Origin: Candidatus Babelota bacterium
GTDB taxonomy: Bacteria; Babelota; Babeliae; Babelales; JACPOV01
Assembly (NCBI GenBank): GCA_022707425.1
Contig: JAKJAQ010000002.1
Location: 29,868 to 93,867 of the forward strand
DNA: 64,000 nt
Direction: 5' to 3'
Below are positions 9,851 through 19,359 of the stretch, piece after piece (position 1 is the stretch's first letter; every line of letters begins with the position of its first letter). Position numbers and translations under genes: made by a program. The notes beneath the pieces are model-generated. The model worked only from the letters and a program-made list of their open reading frames with translations, ran no database searches and was not told where the DNA came from.

Positions 9851-10507
9851 TTAAGCATTTCTCATTTTATTTACAATATCTTTAAGAGCCTCATCGTTAG
9901 GCTGAGCATTAACGAGACTTTCTGCATATCTGCGCGGTGAATAATTCAATAATGGATTTATCATATGCTGATCTGCACCATTGTTCAGTAACCAATCCAC
10001 GACGATCGGATTTCTATTATTAATCGCGGCCAAAAACGGTGAATTTAAACCACGTTGTTCATTCATATTAGCATTATTTTTTTTCAAAATTTCAGCCAAC
10101 GGAATATTATTTTTCTTAATTGCCTCAATGATTGGCGAAAAAAAGCTATTTTGTGCGTGCACATCGGCACCGAGTTTTAAGACAGTTTGTGTCATACTGA
10201 TATTTTGCTGACGCACAGTCATAACAAGCGGAGTTTGATTATCTTTTAATGCATTAATGTGTGCATTAGAAAATCCAACTTCAAGAATCACATCTTTAGC
10301 TTTGTTCTTCTCTAAAGCCTCAAACATTCTTGCAGTGGCTTCAGTTTCTTCTTCTCTGCTTGTTTTGAATTTTATTTGTTTAGCTTCTTCCTGAAGCGCT
10401 TCTCGTTTTCTTTTTAAGCGATTAATTTCATGGCGCTCAACGGACTCCATTGAAAAAAGAGTCGATCCGCATGTTACCAACATAATAACAGGTATAATAA
10501 ATTTCAT
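9851..10507 (-). CDS. ankyrin-repeat protein with signal-like leader
   Basis: GGAGG lies 5 nt upstream of the ATG at 10507. Leader MKFIIPVIMLVTCGSTLFS is followed by MES. ANK repeats are present (TPLVMTV..GADVHAQN, SPFLAAI..NGADQ). Confidence 0.8.
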   Translation of the reverse strand: MKFIIPVIMLVTCGSTLFSMESVERHEINRLKRKREALQEEAKQIKFKTSREEETEATARMFEALEKNKAKDVILEVGFSNAHINALKDNQTPLVMTVRQQNISMTQTVLKLGADVHAQNSFFSPIIEAIKKNNIPLAEILKKNNANMNEQRGLNSPFLAAINNRNPIVVDWLLNNGADQHMINPLLNYSPRRYAESLVNAQPNDEALKDIVNKMRNA

Positions 10508-10583
10508 AAAAACCTCCAAATACATTAATAATCCTTATAAGTAGCTCTATTGTAACAAAATAGTGACAAATGGTCAAAAGCAA

Positions 10584-11378
10584 TTAAACACAATCCAGCC
10601 TTTTTTTAAATAAATAAAGCGCCCCGAGTACAAATAGTGTTATTGAAATCCACAAAGCACCCATACAAATGCCAAAATGTATAAAACCTGGCTGGCCCAA
10701 AGTCGCTGCCCGCATCCCTTCAAAAGCGTAAACAAGTGGGTTCAAAAGATTGAGAACAGCGATTTTAGGCATTGCTTGGTACATAATAATCCATGAAAAT
10801 TGGTAGCCGCCAATGAAAAATAGCAGCCACCCCCAACGAATCCAAAAGCGTCCATACCCAAGAGAATCTTTCACGTACAATGCAACACATAAGGCCAAAA
10901 AGCCAAACAAAATATTAGCACTGATGTAGACCGCTAAAAACTTTAGCAGTGAAAACTGCTCATATTTAAAACTTGGCAACAACATAAAACCAATAGGAAA
11001 GATGAACAAATTCAAAATAATAGATTTTATTGCGTACACCAATCCTGTTTTTATACACACCAATTGATACGTTGTGGGTAATGAAAGCTCATAGCAAATT
11101 GATTTATTTGACTCTAGATCGGTTACCAAGTCACCGGCATCGGTTCCGGTACAATTAAAACACATACCAATTGCAGAACTTGCAAGAACAAATGAACCAA
11201 AGCTTCCAGGAACGCCAACAAACGGCATTACATATTCACTTACAAAAATAATGCCGAAGGGCAATATGGTCGCGTCGATTAAATTATTCCAAAAGTGCGC
11301 AAAAAGTGACCGCACATCACGCCAAATAAGCCACATCATTACTTTTAATGCGGTAAAAAATGAAACTGATGACATCAT
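10584..11378 (-). CDS. ABC-2 type transporter permease
   Basis: 264 aa with about 6 TM segments. It has a 4-nt overlap with the upstream ABC ATPase gene. Confidence 0.7.
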   Translation of the reverse strand: MMSSVSFFTALKVMMWLIWRDVRSLFAHFWNNLIDATILPFGIIFVSEYVMPFVGVPGSFGSFVLASSAIGMCFNCTGTDAGDLVTDLESNKSICYELSLPTTYQLVCIKTGLVYAIKSIILNLFIFPIGFMLLPSFKYEQFSLLKFLAVYISANILFGFLALCVALYVKDSLGYGRFWIRWGWLLFFIGGYQFSWIIMYQAMPKIAVLNLLNPLVYAFEGMRAATLGQPGFIHFGICMGALWISITLFVLGALYLFKKRLDCV

Positions 11379-12130
11379 TCAATTCCCTCTCTTTGTTGAT
11401 CAATCAAGTGAATAAACACTTCTTCCAAATTAGCTTTTTGATACAATTGCTTCAGATTGTGCGGTGTGTCAACTAGCACAATTTTGCCTTTATCCAAAAC
11501 GCATACCCGATCAGAAAGCACTTCCGCTTCATCAAGATAGTGGGTTGTTAAAATAATCGTCATGCCCCGATTTTTTAATGAAGCAATGAGGTGCCACAAA
11601 TTTCGCCGCACCTGCGGGTCAAGCGCAACGGTTGGTTCATCGAGAATTAAGATTTTCGGTTGATGCACCAGCGCACGCGCAATCAATAAACGTTGTTTAT
11701 AACCCCCCGATAAAATATCAGGCAAAGAATGCGCATACGGTGTAAGTTCAAATTCTTCTAAGAGTTGTTTGACTCGATTTTTAAGCATCGTTGATTCGAT
11801 ACCAAAGTAACGACCGCTAAAAATTAAATTTTCTTCAACCGTTAATCGCCGCTCAAAATTAGGTTTCTGAGGGCAAAAACCCAACACGCGACGAAATTGA
11901 ACTAAATTTTCATAAATTGATTTGCCCTTATACAACACATCACCACTTGATGCCGGCTTGAGTGTCGCGATAATTGATGAAAGCGTCGTCTTACCTGCGC
12001 CGTTAACACCCAAAAGTGTCATAATTTCGCCTTCGAATAAATCAAGCGAAACATCGTTGAGCGCATATACTTCTTTTCGGTCAATTATATATTTTTTATT
12101 AACATGAAAAAGCTGCAGTACTTTTTGCAT
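11375..12130 (-). CDS. ABC transporter ATP-binding protein
   Basis: Walker A GVNGAGKTT, signature LSGGYKQRL, Walker B ILILDEPT. Confidence 0.9.
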   Translation of the reverse strand: MQKVLQLFHVNKKYIIDRKEVYALNDVSLDLFEGEIMTLLGVNGAGKTTLSSIIATLKPASSGDVLYKGKSIYENLVQFRRVLGFCPQKPNFERRLTVEENLIFSGRYFGIESTMLKNRVKQLLEEFELTPYAHSLPDILSGGYKQRLLIARALVHQPKILILDEPTVALDPQVRRNLWHLIASLKNRGMTIILTTHYLDEAEVLSDRVCVLDKGKIVLVDTPHNLKQLYQKANLEEVFIHLIDQQREGIE

Positions 12131-12325
12131 ACGTACCCTTAGAAAAAATCAACGAAATTCATTTAAAAATTAAAAATAAGAAATAAGAGAAAAATAACAG
12201 AAAAAGATCATTGACACAGAGTCAATATATCTATTTTTCAGCGGGACAAATAATTGCGGCTTTCACGATACCGAAACCTTCAGATAATTGGGAATTGTAT
12301 TTTTATTATTTTAAATGAAATAATA

Positions 12326-12775
12326 TTATTCGTCAAAACTTTCTTTCGCCATTTTTTTTGCCAATTTTTGTATTGCATTTATTAAAGTACTATGTTGATT
12401 GTCAACGTGTTTTTTGCGATCATCAGCGCGCACAAACCCTTCATTACAATATTTACAAATATAATGTTTCTCTTTGGTGTGTACGCGCCTAATATGTTCA
12501 ATTCCATTATGCTTACGCTTGAATCTTTTTCCGCACCCTCCCCAAGTACATTTCCATGGGCGCTCATGTAATTGTTGATTCATAGCAGGTACTGTTGCCT
12601 GATTATTGTATAGCGATGATATATTTTCATCGGCAAAAACATTCAAAATAAAATGTTCGACGTTACTATCTACCGATGTCTCATAGTGTTGTTCAAATGC
12701 TTCTTCAGGATTGTTTTCTTCCATAGCTAAACAAAGAGTACATAATACCATGAACATTAATAATAATTTCTTCAT
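12326..12775 (-). CDS. tandem C2H2 zinc-finger protein with signal-like leader (eukaryote-like)
   Basis: Leader MKKLLLMFMVLCTLCLA is followed by MEE. Finger 1 is C-x4-C-x12-H-x4-H (CTWGGCGKRFKRKHNGIEHIRRVH). The linker TKEKHYIC resembles TGEKPYxC. Finger 2 is C-x2-C-x12-H-x4-H. Confidence 0.75.
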   Translation of the reverse strand: MKKLLLMFMVLCTLCLAMEENNPEEAFEQHYETSVDSNVEHFILNVFADENISSLYNNQATVPAMNQQLHERPWKCTWGGCGKRFKRKHNGIEHIRRVHTKEKHYICKYCNEGFVRADDRKKHVDNQHSTLINAIQKLAKKMAKESFDE

Positions 12776-12952
12776 TACCTTGTCCCCCAGCAAAATCCCT
12801 CTTTCATAATAACAAGAAGTCATGCTCGCTTGATATAGAGAGACGATAAAACATGCTCCATTGTTTTAAATTTAAAATTGCTTGCATCAGATAAATGGAC
12901 ACATTATCTTTTAAAATAGATTCACTCAGAAGATCGCTCAAAAAGGATTGTT

Positions 12953-13699
12953 ATGAATAAATACATCTATGCTTTATCGCTGTATTTATTGACACAATCA
13001 TTAGTAATGTTTTCATTTTTTGACGATCCAACTGCTCACTCACAAAGAGATTTTGTGATTGTTTCTCTTGGATGCGATTGTCATCCTGCCGCGTACGCAC
13101 GAAAACATGCATTACGTGATTTTGCTTTTCCCTTTGATTGGTGTCTCACGCCGTTTGAAACTATTTACCGTTTTATAAAAAAAGATTTCGATGGCTTCAT
13201 AAAAAAGAAACATTTGGTTCCTTCAGCGGAACGATATTTTAGTCGAAATTTAAAAAAATTTCTCACTCAACTATCATTAATTGGCGTAAGCACGTATAAA
13301 AGCTGGGTGGTTGATAAAAAAAATGACATAATTTTTGTGCATGATTTCCCTGATAACCAAATTCCTATCATTGCAAAATTGTACAAAGATATTGCCCAAA
13401 AGTACGAGCGACGCATCAAGCGATTTATGACATTGATGAATGGATCAAAACATGTTTATTTTATTCGCTATTTAGATGTATCAAAAAATCAAGCATTTGA
13501 TTTACATGCATTGCTGAAAACCAAATTTCCAAAATTATCTTACACCCTCATTGTAATAGGCAATACAGCGGAATTTAATACCTATTGGGGCATCAAATCA
13601 ATTAAAAATTATTTTTTACCCATTCACAATGAAGAATTTTGGGAACAATTGTTTAACGATATTATTCAAGGAAATCTAAATAGAATTTCTATATCATGA
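12953..13699 (+). CDS. hypothetical protein, possibly DUF1796-like (putative papain-like peptidase family)
   Basis: SD AAAGGA. The N-terminal motif VSLGCDCHPA...FPFDW resembles the DUF1796 signature as I recall it. Confidence 0.4.
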   Translation: MNKYIYALSLYLLTQSLVMFSFFDDPTAHSQRDFVIVSLGCDCHPAAYARKHALRDFAFPFDWCLTPFETIYRFIKKDFDGFIKKKHLVPSAERYFSRNLKKFLTQLSLIGVSTYKSWVVDKKNDIIFVHDFPDNQIPIIAKLYKDIAQKYERRIKRFMTLMNGSKHVYFIRYLDVSKNQAFDLHALLKTKFPKLSYTLIVIGNTAEFNTYWGIKSIKNYFLPIHNEEFWEQLFNDIIQGNLNRISIS

Positions 13700-14286
13700 A
13701 AAATATTCTTGCGCTTTTCACCTGTTTATTTTGTACCCAACAAGATCAAGTAGCACCCACAGCACCTTCAGTTGTTTTTTCTTCAACTGACCTGGCACCA
13801 TTAATTGCACAAGCGATAGTTCAAACAAAAAGCAGCCCACATTCTCCGTTAGAATTTTTAACAAACTTGAAAACATATTCATTAATTAACAAACATTGCC
13901 ATGCAACCATGTGTGATTTATTGTATGGAAATTCAAAACAATCGCTCGAATTCAACGAATTATTAATAACAAAAATCAGTAATCGATTTCCTCTGAGTCC
14001 ACATCCACGCTTTCTTGCAACAGCTTATATCATAACTCCTCACGCACGCAAACAGTTTGAAGGCATCTGCTTGCAACTTTCTTTTACTCAAACTTTACAT
14101 TCGCTTGCAGTTGAAATTGAATCTCGTTCATATATTCATGGATTACAAACGCTCTATGGCGGAGCAAATTTTCCAATCACTTTTACAAAAAAACAACTTC
14201 GATTTAGCGATAAACTACCGCGATTTCCACGACAGACATGCGCATTCTTAATAGAGTTATATAAAGATGCTGCTGGAGAAAAATAA
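13696..14286 (+). CDS. hypothetical protein with hydrophobic N-terminus
   Basis: ATGA overlap with the preceding gene's stop. 196 aa, no domain recognised. Confidence 0.5.
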   Translation: MKNILALFTCLFCTQQDQVAPTAPSVVFSSTDLAPLIAQAIVQTKSSPHSPLEFLTNLKTYSLINKHCHATMCDLLYGNSKQSLEFNELLITKISNRFPLSPHPRFLATAYIITPHARKQFEGICLQLSFTQTLHSLAVEIESRSYIHGLQTLYGGANFPITFTKKQLRFSDKLPRFPRQTCAFLIELYKDAAGEK

Positions 14287-14292
14287 ATTTTA

Positions 14293-15762
14293 TCACCATC
14301 CAAAACGCCACCTTGATTTTTTTTGATACGGATCAACAACCTTATGTTGATCGATCAACACCTTTTGCAACTCAATCGGTAATTGCTTAAATAGTTCTAA
14401 CTCAGAAGTTAATTTCACTTTATTTTGGTTAAAAAGATGGTGAATGAACAATCCCCTTCGCACACCAATATACTTTGTAAGATATTCATCATCCATTAAT
14501 TGCCAAAATCCCACCTTTTTATCAAATCCAACTGAAACTAATGAGTGATCATTAATAAATGAAACTGCCACTACTTTATCTGAATGACCCAAACAACTCA
14601 GTAATAATTCACCAGTCCCACTATTCCAAAGGCCAATCTTATAATCTGCACCCGCCGTTGCAACTAAATCTCCCGATTCATTAAATTTGGCATCCAATAC
14701 GCCAGCCTTATGCGCCTTTAATTGATGAATGATTTTTCCACTATGCGCATCCCAAATACCTGCTGTTCTATCATCACTTGCTGATACAATCCTATTACCA
14801 AACCGATCATAATTCAATGCGCGTATCCAATCGGTATGTTTTATTAATTGATGAACCAATTTTCCGTCAATGGTATTCCAGAGCAAAATCTTTCCGTCAT
14901 CAGAACCAGAAATCAATCGGTTTCCATCAGGTGAATAATTCACAACACGGACCATATCTTCGTGTCCAAAAAGTTGGAATTTCAAAGCATTGTTTTTCCA
15001 TAGTTTTACCATTCCATCAGCAGAACAGGTTGCATCGCCATCATGAGCAGGATGTGTTTGTACTGCAAAAATTACGTTGTCGTGTGCTTGAACATTTTCG
15101 GCAACAAGAGCGTTGTTTACAACATCAAATTGCGCACGTCTTCCTTCTTCAGTTACATAAATGATTTTTGATCCATCGGTAGTAAATTTTGCTGATCGTA
15201 CTTGACAACGCGAAGGAAAATATTGAATAATTTTTTTTACACTATCATAATAGCCGCTATTATCGAGTGTTATAAAAATAATTTTGTCACCATCATTATT
15301 ATAATGCAGCGCATTGATCGGACTATTTAACTGAATTTTGTTAATGGCATTCATTGATTGTGTATCAAAAAAAATTAAATCACCATTGTCATCACCGGTT
15401 ACAATATTCGTTTTATTTGGATGTACTGCAAGCGCATTTATTTCATCGGCATTACTATTGCAAACAGTAATTTTTTTTGGCAAACCAACTAATTTATCTT
15501 TAAGCAACAATGGCGCAAGCATTGGTGGTAAATCAGGATGATCCGTAATAAATCCTATTTTTTCATTTGAGAGTACCTGATCGAAAATATAGTTATATTC
15601 TCTTGCACACGCTTTTGCTGACAATTTCAATAATGATGGAATATCATTTTCTTTTTGGTTATTAATTGTCACTTCATTTATCGGAGGTACCACTAATTCT
15701 TTTTGTTCCATGCTTTGCAACGATCCAAAAAAAGTGACCAAAAAAAGCAAAAGTTTTTTCAT
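14293..15762 (-). CDS. WD40-repeat protein with signal-like leader
   Basis: Leader MKKLLLFLVTFFGSLQS is followed by MEQ. There are multiple WD repeats (SGSDDGKILLWN, SASDDRTAGIWD, TAGADYKIGLWN). The ATG at 15762 is preferred over the upstream TTG. Confidence 0.8.
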   Translation of the reverse strand: MKKLLLFLVTFFGSLQSMEQKELVVPPINEVTINNQKENDIPSLLKLSAKACAREYNYIFDQVLSNEKIGFITDHPDLPPMLAPLLLKDKLVGLPKKITVCNSNADEINALAVHPNKTNIVTGDDNGDLIFFDTQSMNAINKIQLNSPINALHYNNDGDKIIFITLDNSGYYDSVKKIIQYFPSRCQVRSAKFTTDGSKIIYVTEEGRRAQFDVVNNALVAENVQAHDNVIFAVQTHPAHDGDATCSADGMVKLWKNNALKFQLFGHEDMVRVVNYSPDGNRLISGSDDGKILLWNTIDGKLVHQLIKHTDWIRALNYDRFGNRIVSASDDRTAGIWDAHSGKIIHQLKAHKAGVLDAKFNESGDLVATAGADYKIGLWNSGTGELLLSCLGHSDKVVAVSFINDHSLVSVGFDKKVGFWQLMDDEYLTKYIGVRRGLFIHHLFNQNKVKLTSELELFKQLPIELQKVLIDQHKVVDPYQKKSRWRFGW

Positions 15763-15874
15763 AGCTGTCCCCAAAGAAATAATATATGAATTAATAAATC
15801 TCTATACTAGAGAATGATATCCGCATTAATTTGTCAATTAGAAATGCACTATCTTAATAATAAATAAGATAGAG

Positions 15875-16690
15875 TTATTTATAACGATGTGCGATTATTA
15901 ATCCTGCAATGTCTTTGTTAAAGCCACATCTGATTAATAATTTCGTCATTGTTATGAGTAATTCAGACCGTTTACTGATTAAAAAAGTACGCACTTTTTC
16001 TGTACCAATAGAAAGTGCGGTTTTTTTTGTTGTATTTTCAAGATCATACCGTGCGCCACAATACAACAACCATTTTACCATTTTATTAAATGACGTTTCT
16101 AGATGAGCTTGCTGATCCTTCTTAACTCGCGTCTTGAAATTAATATACCCATGTATAAGCTCATGGAGCGGCGTATTACCTTCACAATCCTGCATATTTG
16201 GGCCTGCACCTTTTCTGAGTACATTTTTAAATAGCGCAAATTGAATTGGGCTGCAAAATATTTCTTCATCTGCCGATACTATTGAATGCAAAGCAGTTCT
16301 GCCAAACGCATCGACACCATTAATATCCGCACCTCTGCTCAACAGTTCATTCACCAGAGATGGTTGTAGATAATAACAAGCTTTACAAAGTGGCAAATTT
16401 CCCTTGGTCGAAAGAAGATTGGGATCAATTTGCTGTTTGAGAAAAAAAGAAACAACGTTCCATTTACCTTTTTCTGTAGCATACGAAAGTGGCGTCATAC
16501 CCTTTTCTTGAAGAAATTGTTCATATAAATGATGCGCATTTGGTTGGTTGGCTCTGATTAATTGTTGAATATTTTTGTTCAGTGGATGTTTGTTTTTTAT
16601 AGCCAAAACTAATTCTTGCGAACTTGACATCGCACTGGTTACTTGAACAATAAAAACACACGATGCAATAATCGAAATAATTATGTTCAT
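15875..16690 (-). CDS. ankyrin-repeat protein with signal-like leader
   Basis: SD GAGGA. Leader ...VFIVQVTSA is followed by MSS. ANK repeats are present (GMTPLSYA, GADINGVDAFGRTALH, GNTPLHELI). Confidence 0.8.
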   Translation of the reverse strand: MNIIISIIASCVFIVQVTSAMSSSQELVLAIKNKHPLNKNIQQLIRANQPNAHHLYEQFLQEKGMTPLSYATEKGKWNVVSFFLKQQIDPNLLSTKGNLPLCKACYYLQPSLVNELLSRGADINGVDAFGRTALHSIVSADEEIFCSPIQFALFKNVLRKGAGPNMQDCEGNTPLHELIHGYINFKTRVKKDQQAHLETSFNKMVKWLLYCGARYDLENTTKKTALSIGTEKVRTFLISKRSELLITMTKLLIRCGFNKDIAGLIIAHRYK

Positions 16691-16789
16691 TCTTATTTCC
16701 TCAATGAATAATTGAGAGGTTTCATTATTTGCATTATTCTATACTGAAAAAATTATTTTTAGGCAAAGGATTAACAATGAAATCAAAAA

Positions 16790-17335
16790 TTATTTTTTCA
16801 TCTTAGTGGGAATTTTAATTAATTTACCATCAACAATAAAGACGCCTCTGCCGCAATGGTGCAGAGTACGCGGTCTCTTTTTGAGCGGCGCCATCCACGC
16901 TTTCACCACTTGCAAAATAAATACATTGTAGTTATGCGCTAATTGCGTATCAATCACTTTACATTCCAAATTGGCAAAACATTCTGCAATCATGGGCACG
17001 TGCACCTTGCTTGCAGGTTGTTGCGTCAAATGAAACTTTTTGAATTTATCAACATGCGCACCTGAACAATTACCCACGCCGATTACGGTACGTGCAAGTT
17101 CTTGTGATGGAATATTAATCACGCATTCTTTTGAATCACTGATATTTTTAAATGAATAATTTCGATTGCTAATCACGCATGCAAATGTTGGTGGTTCAAA
17201 ATCGAGCATCGTGTGCCAGGTCATCGTCATAATATTTGGTTTGCCGTTGCGCTCTGTTGTCACCATCACTACTGGTCCAGGTTCAAGAAGTTGATACACT
17301 TTTGACAGCGGAAATATCTTTTTTTTCATACTCAT
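16790..17335 (-). CDS. flavin reductase-like FMN-binding protein
   Basis: LLEPGPVVMVTTERNGKPNIMTMTWH is typical of the flavin reductase split-barrel domain. Confidence 0.75.
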   Translation of the reverse strand: MSMKKKIFPLSKVYQLLEPGPVVMVTTERNGKPNIMTMTWHTMLDFEPPTFACVISNRNYSFKNISDSKECVINIPSQELARTVIGVGNCSGAHVDKFKKFHLTQQPASKVHVPMIAECFANLECKVIDTQLAHNYNVFILQVVKAWMAPLKKRPRTLHHCGRGVFIVDGKLIKIPTKMKK

Positions 17336-17433
17336 CCTTCTTATTTCTTTAGGAAAAACTAGGCATTTTTTTTTAATTCATATACCTTATCTGCATCATA
17401 AAAAAAGTTATGATTCAACAACAGGGAAGTACA

Positions 17434-19344
17434 ATGAAGCGTCATCATTTTTTTTATTTTTTTTGTATCATTTCTTTTCAATTTTCTTTTATCACCGCAC
17501 AAGAAATCAAGCATGAATGTGGACTTGCGTTAGTTCGTCTTCTCAAACCCCTCGAATTTTATCAAGAAAAGTACGGCGACATGATGTGGGGATTAAACAA
17601 AACTTGTTTATTGCTTGAAAAACAGCGAAACCGTGGCCAAGATGGTGCGGGAATCGCTGTTATAAAATTTGAAATGCCGTTCGGCAAACATTACCTTAAA
17701 CGTTTACGCTTTGCGCAAGATTATGCGCTTGAACATCTGCTCGCATTTATTTCACAAAAAATAAAAGAATTTCCTACACGCACAATAATCGATTCATCCG
17801 CGTTGAAAGAGCAATTTGACTATGCAGGTGAAGTTTATCTTGGTCATGTACGGTACGGCACCTATGCAGGTCGCGGGATTGAATTTTGTCAGCCATGTGT
17901 TCATAAAAATAGCATTCCGGCAAAATGTTTAACCATTGCAGGCAATTTCAATATGACCAACAGTGACGAGTTGAAAAATGAAATCACCCAATGGGGGGTC
18001 GCACCAACGAGCGTTTCTGATACACAACTTATTTTACATCAACTCAGTTATCTTCTAGATCAAGAAGATGAAAAAAAATCACACGACAATGAATCATGTA
18101 CTATTGCATCTATTATTTCACAAGCAGCACACAATTGGGATGGCGGCTATGTATTTGCAGGGATGTTAGGTAATGGTGATGCATTTGTTTGTCGCGATCC
18201 GTCGGCAATCAGACCTGGTTTTTATTTTTTGAATGACGAAGTTTTTGCAGTGGCTTCAGAACGCGCAGCATTGGCCAGCGTTTTTAATATTTCGTATGAA
18301 GATATTAAAGAAATTCCCGCCGCTCATGTTATTTCGGTAAAAAAAGATGGAACTATTTCAATAACACCGTTTATGAATCCATTTGTCGCACGCCAATGTG
18401 TGTTCGAACGAATTTATTTTAGTCGCGGTCATGATCCTGCAATTTGTCAAGAACGAAAAAACTTAGGTAAACAACTTGCCGTGCGCATATTTGAGGAATT
18501 GAATCAGGACATTTCTCATACTCTCTTTTCATTTATTCCAAACACCGCAGAAATTTCCTTTTTGGGATTGACCGAAGAGCTTTCGCAACTATCATTTTTT
18601 CATCATCGCCAATTACTCTTCACCAAATTTCATGATCAGATTTCTGCTCAAGAAATTGATCAGCTTATGAACAAAAAAATACGCGCAGCAAAAGTAATTT
18701 ATAAAGATCAAATGCTCCGCACATTTATTAGTCATGAATCAACTCGTTCTGACCTTGCTTGCAACGTCTATGATATTTCAAAAGGTATCGTAAATGACGA
18801 TGATACACTTGTTGTTATTGATGATTCGATTGTACGCGGTACAACACTTAAAAATTCAATCATGAAACAATTAATTCAATTGCAACCGGCGCACATTATC
18901 GTTCTCAGTGCTGCACCTATGATTTTATATCCTGACTGTTATGGCATAGATATGAGTCAAATTGGTCATCTTATTGCGTTCAAAGCTGCGGTAGAATTAA
19001 CGCACGAGCGCGGTAATGCAAAATTATTTGATGAAATTTATCAAGAATGCATTGCACTACAAAAAGAAAAACATATTCAACACAATCCACTCAAAAAAAT
19101 ATATGAACAATTTTCTCAAACAGAACTTGAACAAAAAATTGCGCACCTTGTTACTCCCAATGTAAAAAACTGGAACGGATCAATTCGTGTTTTGTTTCAA
19201 ACAATCAATGGACTTCATGCAGCAATACCAGATTTTACCGGAGATTGGTATTTTACCGGCAATTACCCGACACCAGGCGGTTATAGAGTGTTAATAAACA
19301 GTTACATTAATTGGTACAACGGCATCGAAAAAAGATCCTATTAA
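17434..19344 (+). CDS. purF: amidophosphoribosyltransferase (long form) with hydrophobic N-terminal leader or propeptide
   Basis: AGGGAAG lies 4 nt upstream of the ATG at 17434; an alternative ATG is at 17410. The leader MKRHHFFYFFCIISFQFSFITAQEIKHE precedes the catalytic Cys in CGLALVRL. NRGQDGAGIA and the PRTase loop VVIDDSIVRGTT are present. Confidence 0.85.
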   Translation: MKRHHFFYFFCIISFQFSFITAQEIKHECGLALVRLLKPLEFYQEKYGDMMWGLNKTCLLLEKQRNRGQDGAGIAVIKFEMPFGKHYLKRLRFAQDYALEHLLAFISQKIKEFPTRTIIDSSALKEQFDYAGEVYLGHVRYGTYAGRGIEFCQPCVHKNSIPAKCLTIAGNFNMTNSDELKNEITQWGVAPTSVSDTQLILHQLSYLLDQEDEKKSHDNESCTIASIISQAAHNWDGGYVFAGMLGNGDAFVCRDPSAIRPGFYFLNDEVFAVASERAALASVFNISYEDIKEIPAAHVISVKKDGTISITPFMNPFVARQCVFERIYFSRGHDPAICQERKNLGKQLAVRIFEELNQDISHTLFSFIPNTAEISFLGLTEELSQLSFFHHRQLLFTKFHDQISAQEIDQLMNKKIRAAKVIYKDQMLRTFISHESTRSDLACNVYDISKGIVNDDDTLVVIDDSIVRGTTLKNSIMKQLIQLQPAHIIVLSAAPMILYPDCYGIDMSQIGHLIAFKAAVELTHERGNAKLFDEIYQECIALQKEKHIQHNPLKKIYEQFSQTELEQKIAHLVTPNVKNWNGSIRVLFQTINGLHAAIPDFTGDWYFTGNYPTPGGYRVLINSYINWYNGIEKRSY

Positions 19345-19359
19345 AGCGAGAGGCTTTTT

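Noticed and set aside
17336-17433. Purine or ZTP riboswitch upstream of purF (also checked upstream of purT/purL and nupC)
   Set aside because: The leaders are short (about 60-110 nt) and AT-rich, and they lack the conserved purine-riboswitch or pfl-motif cores that I can recognise.
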